Positions 10,546-20,990 of a stretch of DNA of 64,000 nt are shown here, piece after piece. The number at the start of each line of letters is the position of its first letter. Position 1 is the stretch's first letter. The notes under the pieces were generated by a model, which was not told where the DNA came from, did no database searches, and saw only the letters and a program-made list of their open reading frames with translations. Location: NCBI GenBank assembly GCA_963723515.1, contig CAVRQT010000003.1, positions 416,001-480,000 of the forward strand, read 5' to 3'. The translations under genes and the position numbers were made by a program. Origin of the DNA: Vulcanimicrobiota bacterium (GTDB lineage: Bacteria; Vulcanimicrobiota; Vulcanimicrobiia; Vulcanimicrobiales; Vulcanimicrobiaceae).

Positions 10546-11604
10546 TCGAAGCACTCGCAATTCCCGGCGTCTATTCCTGGTCGCGCTGGCAACCCGACCG
10601 CCGGATGTATTTCAACTCGCATCTTTTCATTCGGCCCAACGGTAATGTCGCCGTCGATCCGCTTTCATTAGATGAAGCTGACGCCGCGGAGCTGCGCGAT
10701 TTGGGCGGCGTCGCTTCGATTGTGGTAACGAACCGCGACCACGCTCGTGACGCCGTCTCGCTCAAAGAGCGGTTCGACGCCAAGATCGTAGCGAGCGCAC
10801 GTGAAGCAAACGAGTTCCCGTTCACCGTCGATGTCCTCATGTGATGACGGCGACGAGATCTTCGAGGGTGCGTTTGTCCTGGCGCTGCAGAATCAAAAGA
10901 CCGCCGGCGAGTTTGCGCTGCATTTCCCAACGCAGCGTATGGTTCTCGTTGGTGACGCCGTGATTGGATCGCCGGCCGGCGCATTATCGCTGCTGCCCGA
11001 TCAGAGATACGCCGACGTCCGAGCGGCCGCGCTGAGCCTGCGCCGGCTGCTCGCGGTTCAGCCGGAAATTTTGCTCCTCGGCGACGGAGCGAGTCTGTAT
11101 TGTGGTGCGACAAAATTGCTCGCTGCGTTGCTTCGTCAAAGAGCCGGCATTGGCGCGTACCGCATCAACATGGACGAATTGAGGTTTGAGCCATACACGG
11201 GCCCGGGTGAATACCACTCTTCGGAAGCGGAAGTCGGCTTTTGGATCGGCGCGCAGAAACTCGGCTACTGTGTCGTCACGCTGCCTCCCGGCGCGAAAGT
11301 GTGTCCGCTTCACGATCACGCTCAATCTGAGGAACTGTTCTTCGTCTTAGAGGGGCGGCCGAGTATCCGAGCCCGTGACGGAACGATCGAGTGCCGAAAG
11401 GGCGACTTTATCGCTTTTCCGACAGGCCCCAGCGGAACTCACCAGTTGTTGAACGAGAGCGACGCTGATGCGACCGTGTTGTTGCTGGGCGTCGAAGGCC
11501 CGGATGAGGTGTGCTTCTATCCGGATTCGAACAAAGTCTTAATCGACCCGGGGCGCCTCATTTTGCGAGCCGCTCCGATCTTAGATTACTATGATGGCGA
11601 ATAG
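10542..11604 (+). CDS. MBL-fold plus cupin fusion protein, frameshifted near 10840
   Basis: N-terminal half VAVDP, VVTNRDH, LVGDA; C-terminal half PLHDH..SEELFFVLEG...GDFIAFP...HQLLN (cupin_2). The frame is open upstream to CTG 10542. Confidence 0.75.
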
Positions 11605-11647
11605 GTGTTGGAAACAGGGCCGCGCTTTGCCGCGTTTCAAGAGTGGC

Positions 11648-12046
11648 ATGATACTCGTACGCTTCCTGACTCTGCTGATGCTCGCGGCGGCGCTGGCCGG
11701 CGCCCCGGTTTATGCTGCCTCGCACGGCGTTTCGGCATTGCCGCAGATCGTCGGTGTTGACCGTCAGAATCAACACGACAACCGGGACGAGGAAGACACG
11801 CAATCGCAGGCGCGGGCGAGGGGCGTTATCACCGGCTCGGTCGTCGGCGTCGATTATGCGCACGGCGTTGTCCGTCTCCTCAGCGGGCGGACCATTTTAG
11901 ACATCGTCATTTTGCCGGGCACCGGCATCGTGCGTCCCGGCAATCAATATGGCACGATTGCCGACCTCGTCCGTGGAACGCGCGTTGCCGTCTACGTCAG
12001 CCAAGTCGGTGGCCGGCTGATGGCCGAGCTGATTCGAATAAGGTAA
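11648..12046 (+). CDS. Secreted hypothetical protein with OB-fold-like C-terminus
   Basis: Signal peptide; G.V.GVD...DLVRGTRV.V pattern. Confidence 0.6.
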   Translation: MILVRFLTLLMLAAALAGAPVYAASHGVSALPQIVGVDRQNQHDNRDEEDTQSQARARGVITGSVVGVDYAHGVVRLLSGRTILDIVILPGTGIVRPGNQYGTIADLVRGTRVAVYVSQVGGRLMAELIRIR

Positions 12047-13044
12047 TCGCCGTTTCGGTAACGCCTGCGCTTTCGGCGCGGGGGCTTACGAAGCGTTACG
12101 GAGCGCGGCTCGCCCTCGATTGTGTATCGCTCGATGTCTGCGAGCGTGAACGATGCGCCGTTTTGGGCGCTTCCGGTGCCGGCAAGACGACGCTACTTCG
12201 TTTGATCGCCGGACTCGAACGTCCGGATTCCGGTTCCATTACGATTGAAGGGCAAGACGTTACAGCGCTTCCCGCGCAACGCCGATCGGTCAGCCTGCTG
12301 CTCTCGCAAGGCGCGCTCTTTCCTCACTTAAGCGCATTCGAAAATCTGGCGTTTTCGTTGCATGTCAACGGTGAACGCCGTAGCACGCTGCGTTCAAAGG
12401 TACAGACAATTGCGGAGCGGCTTCAAGTTTCGTCTCGGCTGGCGACATCTGCACGTCTGCTATCCGCGGGCGAACAGCAGAGGGTTGCGTTGGGTCGGGC
12501 GCTCCTAAGCGCGCCGAAAGTGCTTCTGTTAGATGAACCGGTGGCGCACCTCGATCCGCCATTGCGCGAGAACGTTCGCAAGTCGATCGTCGAAGCCGGC
12601 GCCGAACGGGAGACCGCCATGGTCTACGTGACGCATGACCACGAAGATGCATTTGCGGTCGCTGACCGGATTGCAGTCCTGATCGATGGTCGAATCGCGC
12701 AAATGGGCACGCCTGAAGCGATTTACGATTTCCCGTCGAGCGTGCAGGTAGCGCGATTCGTCGGGCCGGTGCCGATGAATCTCTTTCGCGGCGAAACCGA
12801 TGTGCTCGGTGTACGCGCGGAGCATATCACGCTCGCGAGCGACACGAACGCCGACCTGTTGGGAGTCGTCACCGGCAGTTCGCTTGTCGGTGCCTCTCGA
12901 CTCGCGCACGTGCACACTGAAAAGGGCGACGCTCGCGTGGTCGCTGTGAACGGAGAGCTTCCGGCATCCGGCGCGCGTGTCGGCTTGAAATTTGCGCCGG
13001 AGCGCGTGAGGCACTTCGATCCGGTGGACGGCTTGGCGAAGTAA
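12046..13044 (+). CDS. ABC transporter ATP-binding protein (MalK/PotA class)
   Basis: Walker A GASGAGKT, LSAGEQQRVALGRAL, LLLDEP, YVTHD, TOBE-like tail. The frame is open upstream through LSARGLTKRYG to ATC 12046. Confidence 0.9.
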   Translation: MAVSVTPALSARGLTKRYGARLALDCVSLDVCERERCAVLGASGAGKTTLLRLIAGLERPDSGSITIEGQDVTALPAQRRSVSLLLSQGALFPHLSAFENLAFSLHVNGERRSTLRSKVQTIAERLQVSSRLATSARLLSAGEQQRVALGRALLSAPKVLLLDEPVAHLDPPLRENVRKSIVEAGAERETAMVYVTHDHEDAFAVADRIAVLIDGRIAQMGTPEAIYDFPSSVQVARFVGPVPMNLFRGETDVLGVRAEHITLASDTNADLLGVVTGSSLVGASRLAHVHTEKGDARVVAVNGELPASGARVGLKFAPERVRHFDPVDGLAK

Positions 13045-14091
13045 TGGAGCGTCTGCGCGAGCTTTCTTCAAGCGTCATCTGCGCCGGATTCGAGGGCGAC
13101 GTCGCGGATGTTCTCGGTGCGGTTGAAGATTTTCGGCCGGGCGGATTTGTGTTATTCAGCCGAAACGCGGAATCGGTAGACGATGCGCGCGCGGTGACCG
13201 ATGCGTTGCGCGGCGCGTACGATGGCGTGGCACCGATTCTCGCGATCGATCAGGAAGGTGGGCGCGTCGCGCGGCTCCGTGAAGCAAGCGGTTCAGATTC
13301 CATCAGCCCGCGAGATGGGAGCGACTGGACACCCTCGCCTCGCCGAACGCGCCGGCATTCAAATCGGCCACGATCTGCGCCGCGCCGGCCTTAATCTCGA
13401 TTTTGCGCCCGTGCTCGATCTCGCGCTCTTGACGGACAACACCGTCATCGGCGACCGCGCGTTTTCAGGCGACCCGTACATTGTCACGGAATTCGGTCGT
13501 GCATTTGCTAATGGACTGCGAGAAGCCGGAATCGTTCCGACGTTCAAGCACTTCCCCGGGCACGGCAGTACAGCCGTCGATTCGCACACCGCGTTGCCGG
13601 TTGTGGAAACGAATCGCGCAACGCTTCAGCATCGCGATCTCATCCCGTTCGCGACGCTCTTGCCGGCCGCAGAAGCGGTCATGACGGCGCATATTCTTTT
13701 CAAAGCGTTCGATGCGCAGCTCCCGGCAACCATCAATCCAACGTTGCTCAAAGACGTGCTTCGTGAGGAGATGCATTTCGCCGGCGTTTGCTTCACCGAT
13801 TGCATGCAAATGGATGCGATGGCAAAGACGATCGGAAGTGAAGAAGCGAGCGTTCGAGCGCTGGTGGCCGGCGCGGACTGCATTCTGGTCAGCAATGGTC
13901 TGGAGCTCGCGCGCAAAATTGCGGCGGCTATCGAGGACGCCGTTCGCTCGCACCGTCTCGCGCTGGAGCGGTTGGAAGAAGCGCACGCTCGCGTGACGGC
14001 ATTGCGAACCAGGTTGAACGAGCCACTAGGACTGCATGCTCCGCCGCCCGATCCCGGCATCGGCGAAGAAATTGCGCGTGCCGCGGCTTAA
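13044..14091 (+). CDS. nagZ: Beta-N-acetylhexosaminidase (GH3), frameshifted near 13285
   Basis: IDQEGGRVARL, FAPVLD, KHFPGHGSTAVDSH, FTDCMQM. Confidence 0.92.
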
Positions 14092-15112
14092 GAACGATTT
14101 CCGTGCAACAAACGGCGTTTTGGTCGATGCGACGGGAGAGATCTTCACGGGCGCGCTCGCACGCGTCGAACATGAAGGGATACTCATGTTCGAGCGCGCT
14201 TACGGCGTCACGCGTGATGATCGGCTTGGGGCGCCTGTCTATCGGGACACGATTTTTGATCTGGCTTCCCTGACCAAGCTCTTTATCGCAACTTGTGCTC
14301 TCGAAGCCGTTTGCGATGAGCGGCTGTCTTTAGATGAATCACTTGCCGCGTGGTTCGCCGAGTGGCGCGGAACAAAACACGAAGCGATCACTCTGCGCAT
14401 GCTGCTCGCGCACATCTCCGGTCTCGACTCCGGCGCCGACTACCGCGAACTGCTTGGCGATAACGTCGTTCATCATGCGCTGCATTGGCCGCTCGTCGCG
14501 GAGCCCGGCGAACGCGTAATCTACTCGGATCTGGGCTTCATCGCACTTGGCGAGCTGCTGCAGCGAACGCATGGGCGAGCGCTGGACGAAGTGGTCGCGC
14601 TCAGCTTCCGAGATGCAATGTATCGGCCTCGCGCAACATCTTGGCAAACGATTCCTGCAACGGAGGACGACGGTTGGCGCGGTCGCGTGCAAGGACAGGT
14701 TCACGATGAAAAGGCGTATCTCATGGGCGGCGTTGCTGGACACGCCGGCCTATTCGGCAGTGCCGCAAGCGTTGCGGCAATGGCGGAGCGCTATCTCGGA
14801 GTGCTGCACGAACGCAACTCCACGTTGCCCGCCTACATCGTTGCCGAAGCCGTGCGCGAACAAGCCGACGATCCGATCTTGCGCCGAGGCTTGGGGTGGG
14901 CGCTCAAGACGAGCGACGACAATTCGTGCGGGCGGTGGTTTTCGCGTTCAAGTTTCGGACATACCGGCTTCGTGGGAACCTGCATATGGGTGGATCCGGA
15001 GCGCGACCTCAACGCAGTATTGTTAACAAATTCCGTGTACTATGGGCGTGCCGACACGCGCGACTTGCGGGCTGCCTTCTACGAGGCGGTCGTTGAGGAT
15101 TTGGCGCGATAA
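14078..15112 (+). CDS. Serine hydrolase, beta-lactamase/AmpC-like family (AmiE-like)
   Basis: FDLASLTK (SxxK), YSDLGF, VHDE.A..MGGVAGHAGLF, FGHTGF.GT. Confidence 0.88.
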   Translation: MPRLKNDFRATNGVLVDATGEIFTGALARVEHEGILMFERAYGVTRDDRLGAPVYRDTIFDLASLTKLFIATCALEAVCDERLSLDESLAAWFAEWRGTKHEAITLRMLLAHISGLDSGADYRELLGDNVVHHALHWPLVAEPGERVIYSDLGFIALGELLQRTHGRALDEVVALSFRDAMYRPRATSWQTIPATEDDGWRGRVQGQVHDEKAYLMGGVAGHAGLFGSAASVAAMAERYLGVLHERNSTLPAYIVAEAVREQADDPILRRGLGWALKTSDDNSCGRWFSRSSFGHTGFVGTCIWVDPERDLNAVLLTNSVYYGRADTRDLRAAFYEAVVEDLAR

Positions 15113-16261
15113 ATGATTGCGCTTGGCATGATGAGCGGGACGTCATTGGACGGCATCGACGCTGCGCTGGTAGAGATTGCTTTCTCGGGTACGCGGCACC
15201 AGATACGCTTGCTTGAGTTTCGCGCGGCGCCGTACAATGCGGCGTTACGTAACGACATCGAAGCACTCTTTCCGCCCGCAAGCGTGCAACCGGAAGAGGT
15301 TGCGGATCTCGACCGGCGGATCGGGCTAGCATATGCCGACGCGGCGGCTGCGGTGCCTTCCGATCAACGAATCGATTACGTCGCGATGCATGGACAGACG
15401 GTCTTTCATGACGGCGATCGGGCGATCACCCTGCAAATCGGTTCGCCGTATTTCGTACGGGATCGATTGCAAGCCACGGTCTGTTATGATTTTCGGCGCG
15501 CTGATTGTGCGCTCGGTGGCCACGGCGCTCCCCTCGTGCCCTACGCGGATGCGCTGCTGCTGGGCTCTTCCGTTGAAGATCGCATCGCAATCAATATCGG
15601 CGGCATCGCAAACCTAACGTACATTCCGCAGGACGCCAAATCGAGCCATGTGCTTGCGTTCGATAGTGGACCCGGCAATATGTTGATCGATGCGCTCGTT
15701 TACGAGCGGACGAACGGACGCCATCGCTACGACCTCGACGGCGGGTACGCCGCGCAAGGCAAGATCGATCGCTCGTCGCTCGCTGCGATGCTTGAAGATG
15801 AATACTTCTCTCGTCCGCCCCCGAAATCGACCGGGCGTGAGCGGTTCGGCGCTCCGTTTCTTGCGCAGCATAGGGCGGCGCTTTCCGAGTTGACTCTTGA
15901 GGACGCGGCGGCAACGCTTACGGCGCTCACTGCGGAGGCATTGGCTCGGGACGTCAAAGCGATTGCACCGCTTGGCGCGCGAGTGCTTGTCGGCGGCGGC
16001 GGTGCGCACAATGCGTCGCTGATGACCGCGTTGCAAGAGCGGTTGCCGTCCTACGTCGTTGAGTCGACTGACGCGCTCAATCTGCCGCCCGAAGCGAAGG
16101 AAGCAGTCGCCTTCGCGCTGCTCGGATATGAAACGCTGCGCGGCGTTCCGTCGAATTTACCGCGCGTGACGGGCGCCGCGGAACCAACGGTTCTCGGCAG
16201 CATCGTCCCCTACGAACTCGCGGAACTGCTCCAAAAGGTGCGTGCCGAATCCGCAACGTGA
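15113..16261 (+). CDS. anmK: Anhydro-N-acetylmuramic acid kinase
   Basis: GMMSGTSLDGID, HGQT, DFRRAD.ALGG.GAPLVP, NIGGIAN, PPPKSTGRE.F, KEA.AFA. Confidence 0.95.
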   Translation: MIALGMMSGTSLDGIDAALVEIAFSGTRHQIRLLEFRAAPYNAALRNDIEALFPPASVQPEEVADLDRRIGLAYADAAAAVPSDQRIDYVAMHGQTVFHDGDRAITLQIGSPYFVRDRLQATVCYDFRRADCALGGHGAPLVPYADALLLGSSVEDRIAINIGGIANLTYIPQDAKSSHVLAFDSGPGNMLIDALVYERTNGRHRYDLDGGYAAQGKIDRSSLAAMLEDEYFSRPPPKSTGRERFGAPFLAQHRAALSELTLEDAAATLTALTAEALARDVKAIAPLGARVLVGGGGAHNASLMTALQERLPSYVVESTDALNLPPEAKEAVAFALLGYETLRGVPSNLPRVTGAAEPTVLGSIVPYELAELLQKVRAESAT

Positions 16262-16268
16262 GCGGCTG

Positions 16269-17150
16269 ATGAGCGATCTTCCACCGACCGAACACGTCAA
16301 CCAGCGCACGCGCGACATGGATATGCTGCGGACAGCCGATTTGGTCGAGCTGCTCGTTGCGGAGCAGCGTGAAGCGATTGATGCGGTGGCGGCGGAGCGG
16401 GAGCAAATCGCAAAAGTCGTCGAGACGATTGCGGCGCGTTTGCGCAGCGGCGGGCGACTGCACTATGTCGGCGCGGGGACGAGTGGACGCCTCGGGTTTT
16501 TGGACGCGTCGGAGTGTCCGCCGACGTTCGGAACGCGGCCCGAGCTCATCTGCGCACATATCGCCGGCGGAAGCAATGCGATCGTGCGAGCAGTTGAGGG
16601 CGCCGAAGACGATAACGCAGCGGGCACAGCAGAAATGCGTGATCACGCCGTCCGAAACGACGTTGTCATTGGCTTATCGGCGAGCGGCAGCGCACCGTTC
16701 GTCGCCGCTGCACTGGCTGTTTCAAAGGAAAGCGGTGCATGGACGGTCGCCGTGACGCACGATCCAAAAAGTGACGTTGCGCAAGCCGCGGATGCAACCA
16801 TTATCCTGAGAACTGGCCCGGAGCCGCTCGCCGGTTCAACGCGCTTGCGTGCCGGCACTGCGCAAAAAGTTTTACTGAACGCGATCTCAACGGCCACCAT
16901 GATTCGCTTGAACAAGGTCTACGACAATTTGATGGTCGACGTCGTCGCGACAAACAACAAATTGCGCCGCCGCGCATTGCGACTCGTCATGCACTTAGCA
17001 GACGTCGATGAACGACGTGCCGCGGCGTTGCTCGAAAACGCGGGCGGCAAGGTCAAGGTCGCGGCGGTGATGGGGCGCCATAACATGGGAGCACAAGAAG
17101 CGGAAGCGCGGCTTGAAGCAGCCGACGGCTCGTTACGCGCTGCTCTGTGA
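16269..17150 (+). CDS. murQ: N-acetylmuramic acid 6-phosphate etherase
   Basis: YVGAGTSGRLG.LDASECPPTFG, EGAED, GPE.LAGSTRL.AGTAQK, NLMVDV. Confidence 0.95.
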   Translation: MSDLPPTEHVNQRTRDMDMLRTADLVELLVAEQREAIDAVAAEREQIAKVVETIAARLRSGGRLHYVGAGTSGRLGFLDASECPPTFGTRPELICAHIAGGSNAIVRAVEGAEDDNAAGTAEMRDHAVRNDVVIGLSASGSAPFVAAALAVSKESGAWTVAVTHDPKSDVAQAADATIILRTGPEPLAGSTRLRAGTAQKVLLNAISTATMIRLNKVYDNLMVDVVATNNKLRRRALRLVMHLADVDERRAAALLENAGGKVKVAAVMGRHNMGAQEAEARLEAADGSLRAAL

Positions 17151-17167
17151 CGCGGAAGAACGTGGCA

Positions 17168-18712
17168 ATGAAACGGGCAGCGCTCCTTGTCTGTTTGCTC
17201 TTGGGCATGCCGATCGGCGCGTCGGCAGCATCACACGTCGTGCTCGTGCCGATCGACGACCGTCCGGTTACGCTGCAATTGCCGCAAATGCTGGGCGAAA
17301 TTGCCGGAACGCACGTTCTCGTGCCGCCGAGAGAAATACTTGGACGCTTCTTGATGCCCGGCGATCCGGCCGGCATCGCGCAGTGGTTGCAATCATCAAC
17401 GGCGCAAGACGCGGATGCGTTCGTCCTCTCTACGGACATGCTGGCGTACGGCGGTTTGATTGCGTCGCGCGTGCCCGCTACGCCTCAGCATGTCGCGCTC
17501 GAGCGGCTGCGCATCCTTTCAAAGGTTCGCGAGCAGCATCCGCGGGCGTGGATCGGCGCCTTCGGCACGATCATGCGATTGGCGCCGACCGGCGTGCCGG
17601 CGCTCGGTGCGGCAAGGAATTTTTTTGCGGCGTACCCCGCTTGGGACTATCTACAGCAGTACGCTAATCTGCATGATCCGCCGTTTCCGGCAGAAGAAGC
17701 GACGGCCGAACATCTGCGGCAACTGATTGGCCCGACCGTTCTGCAGCAATACTTGAAGGCAAGGGCGCGCAATCGCGCGGTCGATCAATTTGCGTTGCAG
17801 TTGACGGCGCGCGGCGATGTCAACCGCTTTGTCTTGGGGCAGGATGATGCCGGACCGGTCGGCCTGCATATTCAGGATGTCGCGGCGCTGCGCTCCGATG
17901 TGCAAACGCTCGCTATCGCCGACCGTACAAGCATCGAACCGGGCGCCGACGAATTGGCAATGGCGCTCGTCGCCCACGCGCTTGCGTGGCGGATTCAATG
18001 GACGCCGCGCATTGCGGTGCGCTATTCGACGCCCAATGGCGCGGCATTCAACGATCCACTCGAGTTCGTACCGGTCGATCAGACGATCGACAGTTTGATC
18101 TCACTCTGCGGCGGCGTTCGCGATGATCGGAACCCTGAAATTACGCTATACGTGCGCGTACCGGACGGCCTCGACATTGAAGACCCGGCCTTATTGGCAA
18201 CGATGGAAGGCGATTTGGCGGCACATAAATCTATTGCCGTTGCCGACTTAACGTTTCTAGAGCCGACGTTTACGCATCAAGCCGCCTTTGCGCAGGGCCT
18301 GATCATGTCGGGCGTTGCTGGAAAACTTGATGCGTACGCATCGTGGAACACGAGCGCCAATACGGTGGGGACCGCGCTCGCCGAGTCGGTCGCCGTCGGC
18401 GCCGGACGCCGCGCCCACTCCTATAACGCCGTCGCGCACGCGCAATTTATGCTGAACCGCTTTATCGACGACTATGCGTATCACGCATACGTTCGGCCCG
18501 TTCTCAACGCCGAGCTTGACGCGCGCGGCGTCGATCACAGTTATCTCTTAGCGCAAGACGCGATGCCTACCGACCACCTCAATCGCGCGCTGCTTTGGCG
18601 CGAGGCCGTGTTGCTGAAGAATGAAATTTATCCGCAGTATAAGGATCGCGGCTTGACGATAACACTGCCGTGGGACCGCACATTCGAAACGCAAATCGAC
18701 GTGCGCTTATAG
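17168..18712 (+). CDS. DUF4127 family protein with signal peptide
   Basis: VPIDDRP, STDML.YGGLIASR, GQDD, PGADE, YASWNTSANT.GTA, PW.RTFE. Confidence 0.85.
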   Translation: MKRAALLVCLLLGMPIGASAASHVVLVPIDDRPVTLQLPQMLGEIAGTHVLVPPREILGRFLMPGDPAGIAQWLQSSTAQDADAFVLSTDMLAYGGLIASRVPATPQHVALERLRILSKVREQHPRAWIGAFGTIMRLAPTGVPALGAARNFFAAYPAWDYLQQYANLHDPPFPAEEATAEHLRQLIGPTVLQQYLKARARNRAVDQFALQLTARGDVNRFVLGQDDAGPVGLHIQDVAALRSDVQTLAIADRTSIEPGADELAMALVAHALAWRIQWTPRIAVRYSTPNGAAFNDPLEFVPVDQTIDSLISLCGGVRDDRNPEITLYVRVPDGLDIEDPALLATMEGDLAAHKSIAVADLTFLEPTFTHQAAFAQGLIMSGVAGKLDAYASWNTSANTVGTALAESVAVGAGRRAHSYNAVAHAQFMLNRFIDDYAYHAYVRPVLNAELDARGVDHSYLLAQDAMPTDHLNRALLWREAVLLKNEIYPQYKDRGLTITLPWDRTFETQIDVRL

Positions 18713-18733
18713 GTTTGAGGCTGGGTCACGTCT

Positions 18734-18938
18734 CTGTCACGCTGAGCTTGTCGAAGCGCAGCGATAGTCTTGATAGGCGCGACCGTCCCGGTGTCACATT
18801 GAGCTTGTCGAAATGTGACATGAGCTCTTGTCATGCTTCGACACTTCGTCACGCTCAGTGCAGGCTAAGCTCAGCATGACACTGCGACCTTCGAGTAGCG
18901 CCCATTATCGCTGCGCTTCGACAGGCTCAGCGTGACAG
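18734..18938. repeat. Nested cluster of REP-like palindromes (4 outer units plus 1 inserted unit)
   Basis: 33-bp inverted repeat at 18734-18766 / 18906-18938 with 1 mismatch, enclosing units 18792-18820 and 18829-18881; core TGAGCTTGTCGAA. Confidence 0.9.
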
Positions 18939-18945
18939 GGCACGT

Positions 18946-19347
18946 TCACTCGGTATTGCGCTGGCAGAGTTCGATCAAAACGCCCGCCGTGCTGGATGGA
19001 TGCAAGAACGCGATGAGGTTGCCGTGCGCGCCTTTGCGCGGCGTTTCGTCGATCAACCTGACGCCGCTGTTTTTGAGCGCCTTAAGCGTTGCCGCCAAGT
19101 CGTCGACTCGGTAGGCCGTGTGGTGCAGTTTGGTCTGCGCGTCACCGCGGTAGCGCGCGACCGGTGAATCATCGGCGAGCGGCCGAACCAGCTCGACGAT
19201 CGATTCGCCCGCCTGCAAGCCGACGACTTCAACACCTTGATCGGCGATCGTTTCCCGATACGCAACTGTGAATCCGAGCGTCTTCGTGTAGAGTTCGAGC
19301 GCCGCGTCTAGATCTTTGACGACGATCGCGACGTGATCGAGCGTCAT
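18946..19347 (-). CDS. mce: Methylmalonyl-CoA epimerase
   Basis: [35 protein letters not shown]...GVLIEL; directly downstream of the mutase. Confidence 0.92.
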   Translation of the reverse strand: MTLDHVAIVVKDLDAALELYTKTLGFTVAYRETIADQGVEVVGLQAGESIVELVRPLADDSPVARYRGDAQTKLHHTAYRVDDLAATLKALKNSGVRLIDETPRKGAHGNLIAFLHPSSTAGVLIELCQRNTE

Positions 19348-20930
19348 GCCGGGACTTGACCGGCTGCATAGACGCCAAAGACGTCCCGCAACACGTTGCA
19401 AATTTCGCCGAGCGTCGCACCCGCATCGACCGCTTCGATGAAATGCGGCATTAAATTGTCGCGCCCGGATGCGGCGGTACGTATGGCGGCGAGCCGCTCA
19501 TTGACAGAAGTGGCATCGCGCTCGCGTCGCACACGCTGCACGCGTTCGGTTTGCTCTCGCTCGATCGCCGGATCGACGCGCTGCAACTCGATCTCGACCG
19601 GCGCACCGTCACGCGACGCAAAACGATTTACGCCGACGACGATCGCCTCTTTGTTCTCGATCGCTTCTTGCGCGCGATACGCAGAGTCGGCGACGCGGCC
19701 GGCGATCCAGCCGCTCTCGATCGCGGCGACGCTTCCGCCCAGTGCGTCAACCTCGTCGATCAACTCCTGCGCTCTTGCGATCAACTGATTCGTCAAAGAT
19801 TCCACGTAGTAGGATCCAGCGAGGGGGTCGACGACGTTCGGGACGCCGCTTTCGTACGCGATGATCTGCTGCGTTCGCAGCGCCAACTTCGCCGATTCGG
19901 GCGTTGGGAGCGCAAGCGCCTCATCTTTGCCGTTCGTGTGCAGCGACTGCGTTCCGCCCAAGACCGCCGCGAGCGCCTGCAAGGTTGTGCGCACGATATT
20001 GTTGTCCGGCTCTTGGGCGGTTAATGTCGAGCCACCGGTTTGAGCGTGAAAGCGCATCATGTGCGAGCGCGGATCTTTGCATCCGAACTCGTCGCGGGTG
20101 ATGTGCGCCCAAAGGTAGCGCGCAGCGCGGAACTTTGCAACTTCTTCGAAGAAATCGTTATGCGCGTTCCAAAAGAACGAAACCCGCGGCGCAATCGAAT
20201 CGAGGTCCAGTCCTGACTCCTGCGCTGCACGCAAGTACGATTTGCCGTTTGAAAGCGTGAACGCGATCTCTTCAACCGCCGTCGAGCCAGCTTCGCGAAT
20301 GTGGTAACCGGAAATCGAAATCGTGTTCCAGTTCGGCACTTCACGCGCGCAATACGACATCACGTCGGTCACTAAGCGCATCGACGGTTCAGGCGGATAA
20401 ATGTAGGTGCCGCGGGCGATGTACTCTTTGAGCACATCGTTCTGCACCGTTCCGCCCAATTTGTCGAATGCGACACTGCGACGGCGCGAGAGAGCAAGAT
20501 ACATTGCGAGGATGATCGCCGCCGGCGAGTTGATCGTCATCGAAACCGTGACGCGATCCAGAGGAATGTCGCGGAAGAGGAGATCCATGTCGTCGATCGT
20601 GTCGATTGCGACGCCCACTTTACCGACTTCGCCATGCGCCTGCGCCGCATCAGAGTCGTACCCGAGTTGCGTCGGTAGATCGAACGCGACGGAAAGTCCC
20701 GTCGTGCCGTGCGACAAAAGATATCGGTAGCGCGCGTTGCTTTCGCCTGCGCTCCCAAAGCCGGCGTACTGGCGCATCGTCCAGTGGCGCGCGCGATACA
20801 TCTCTTTACGGATCCCGCGCAGGAATGGAAACTCACCGGGCTCGCCGGCTTCATGCAGCGGACCCTCAACGCGATCGTATACCGGCAAAATCGGGATGCC
20901 GCTTGCATTTCGCGATTGCGCGCGTGTCAT
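19344..20930 (-). CDS. Methylmalonyl-CoA mutase, substrate-binding (large) subunit
   Basis: [58 protein letters not shown]; no DxHxxG cobalamin-binding domain. Confidence 0.93.
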   Translation of the reverse strand: MTRAQSRNASGIPILPVYDRVEGPLHEAGEPGEFPFLRGIRKEMYRARHWTMRQYAGFGSAGESNARYRYLLSHGTTGLSVAFDLPTQLGYDSDAAQAHGEVGKVGVAIDTIDDMDLLFRDIPLDRVTVSMTINSPAAIILAMYLALSRRRSVAFDKLGGTVQNDVLKEYIARGTYIYPPEPSMRLVTDVMSYCAREVPNWNTISISGYHIREAGSTAVEEIAFTLSNGKSYLRAAQESGLDLDSIAPRVSFFWNAHNDFFEEVAKFRAARYLWAHITRDEFGCKDPRSHMMRFHAQTGGSTLTAQEPDNNIVRTTLQALAAVLGGTQSLHTNGKDEALALPTPESAKLALRTQQIIAYESGVPNVVDPLAGSYYVESLTNQLIARAQELIDEVDALGGSVAAIESGWIAGRVADSAYRAQEAIENKEAIVVGVNRFASRDGAPVEIELQRVDPAIEREQTERVQRVRRERDATSVNERLAAIRTAASGRDNLMPHFIEAVDAGATLGEICNVLRDVFGVYAAGQVPA

Positions 20931-20990
20931 GCGTTTAACTGCCGGAGGCGCACCGAGGTATCCTTGCGTGGTGATACCAAATGGGCCGGC

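Noticed and set aside
18734..18938. Hammerhead ribozyme or riboswitch reading of CTGAG...CGAA
   Set aside because: It lacks the CUGANGA/GAAA core with three stems, and dispersed copies in both orientations fit a REP-like repeat better.
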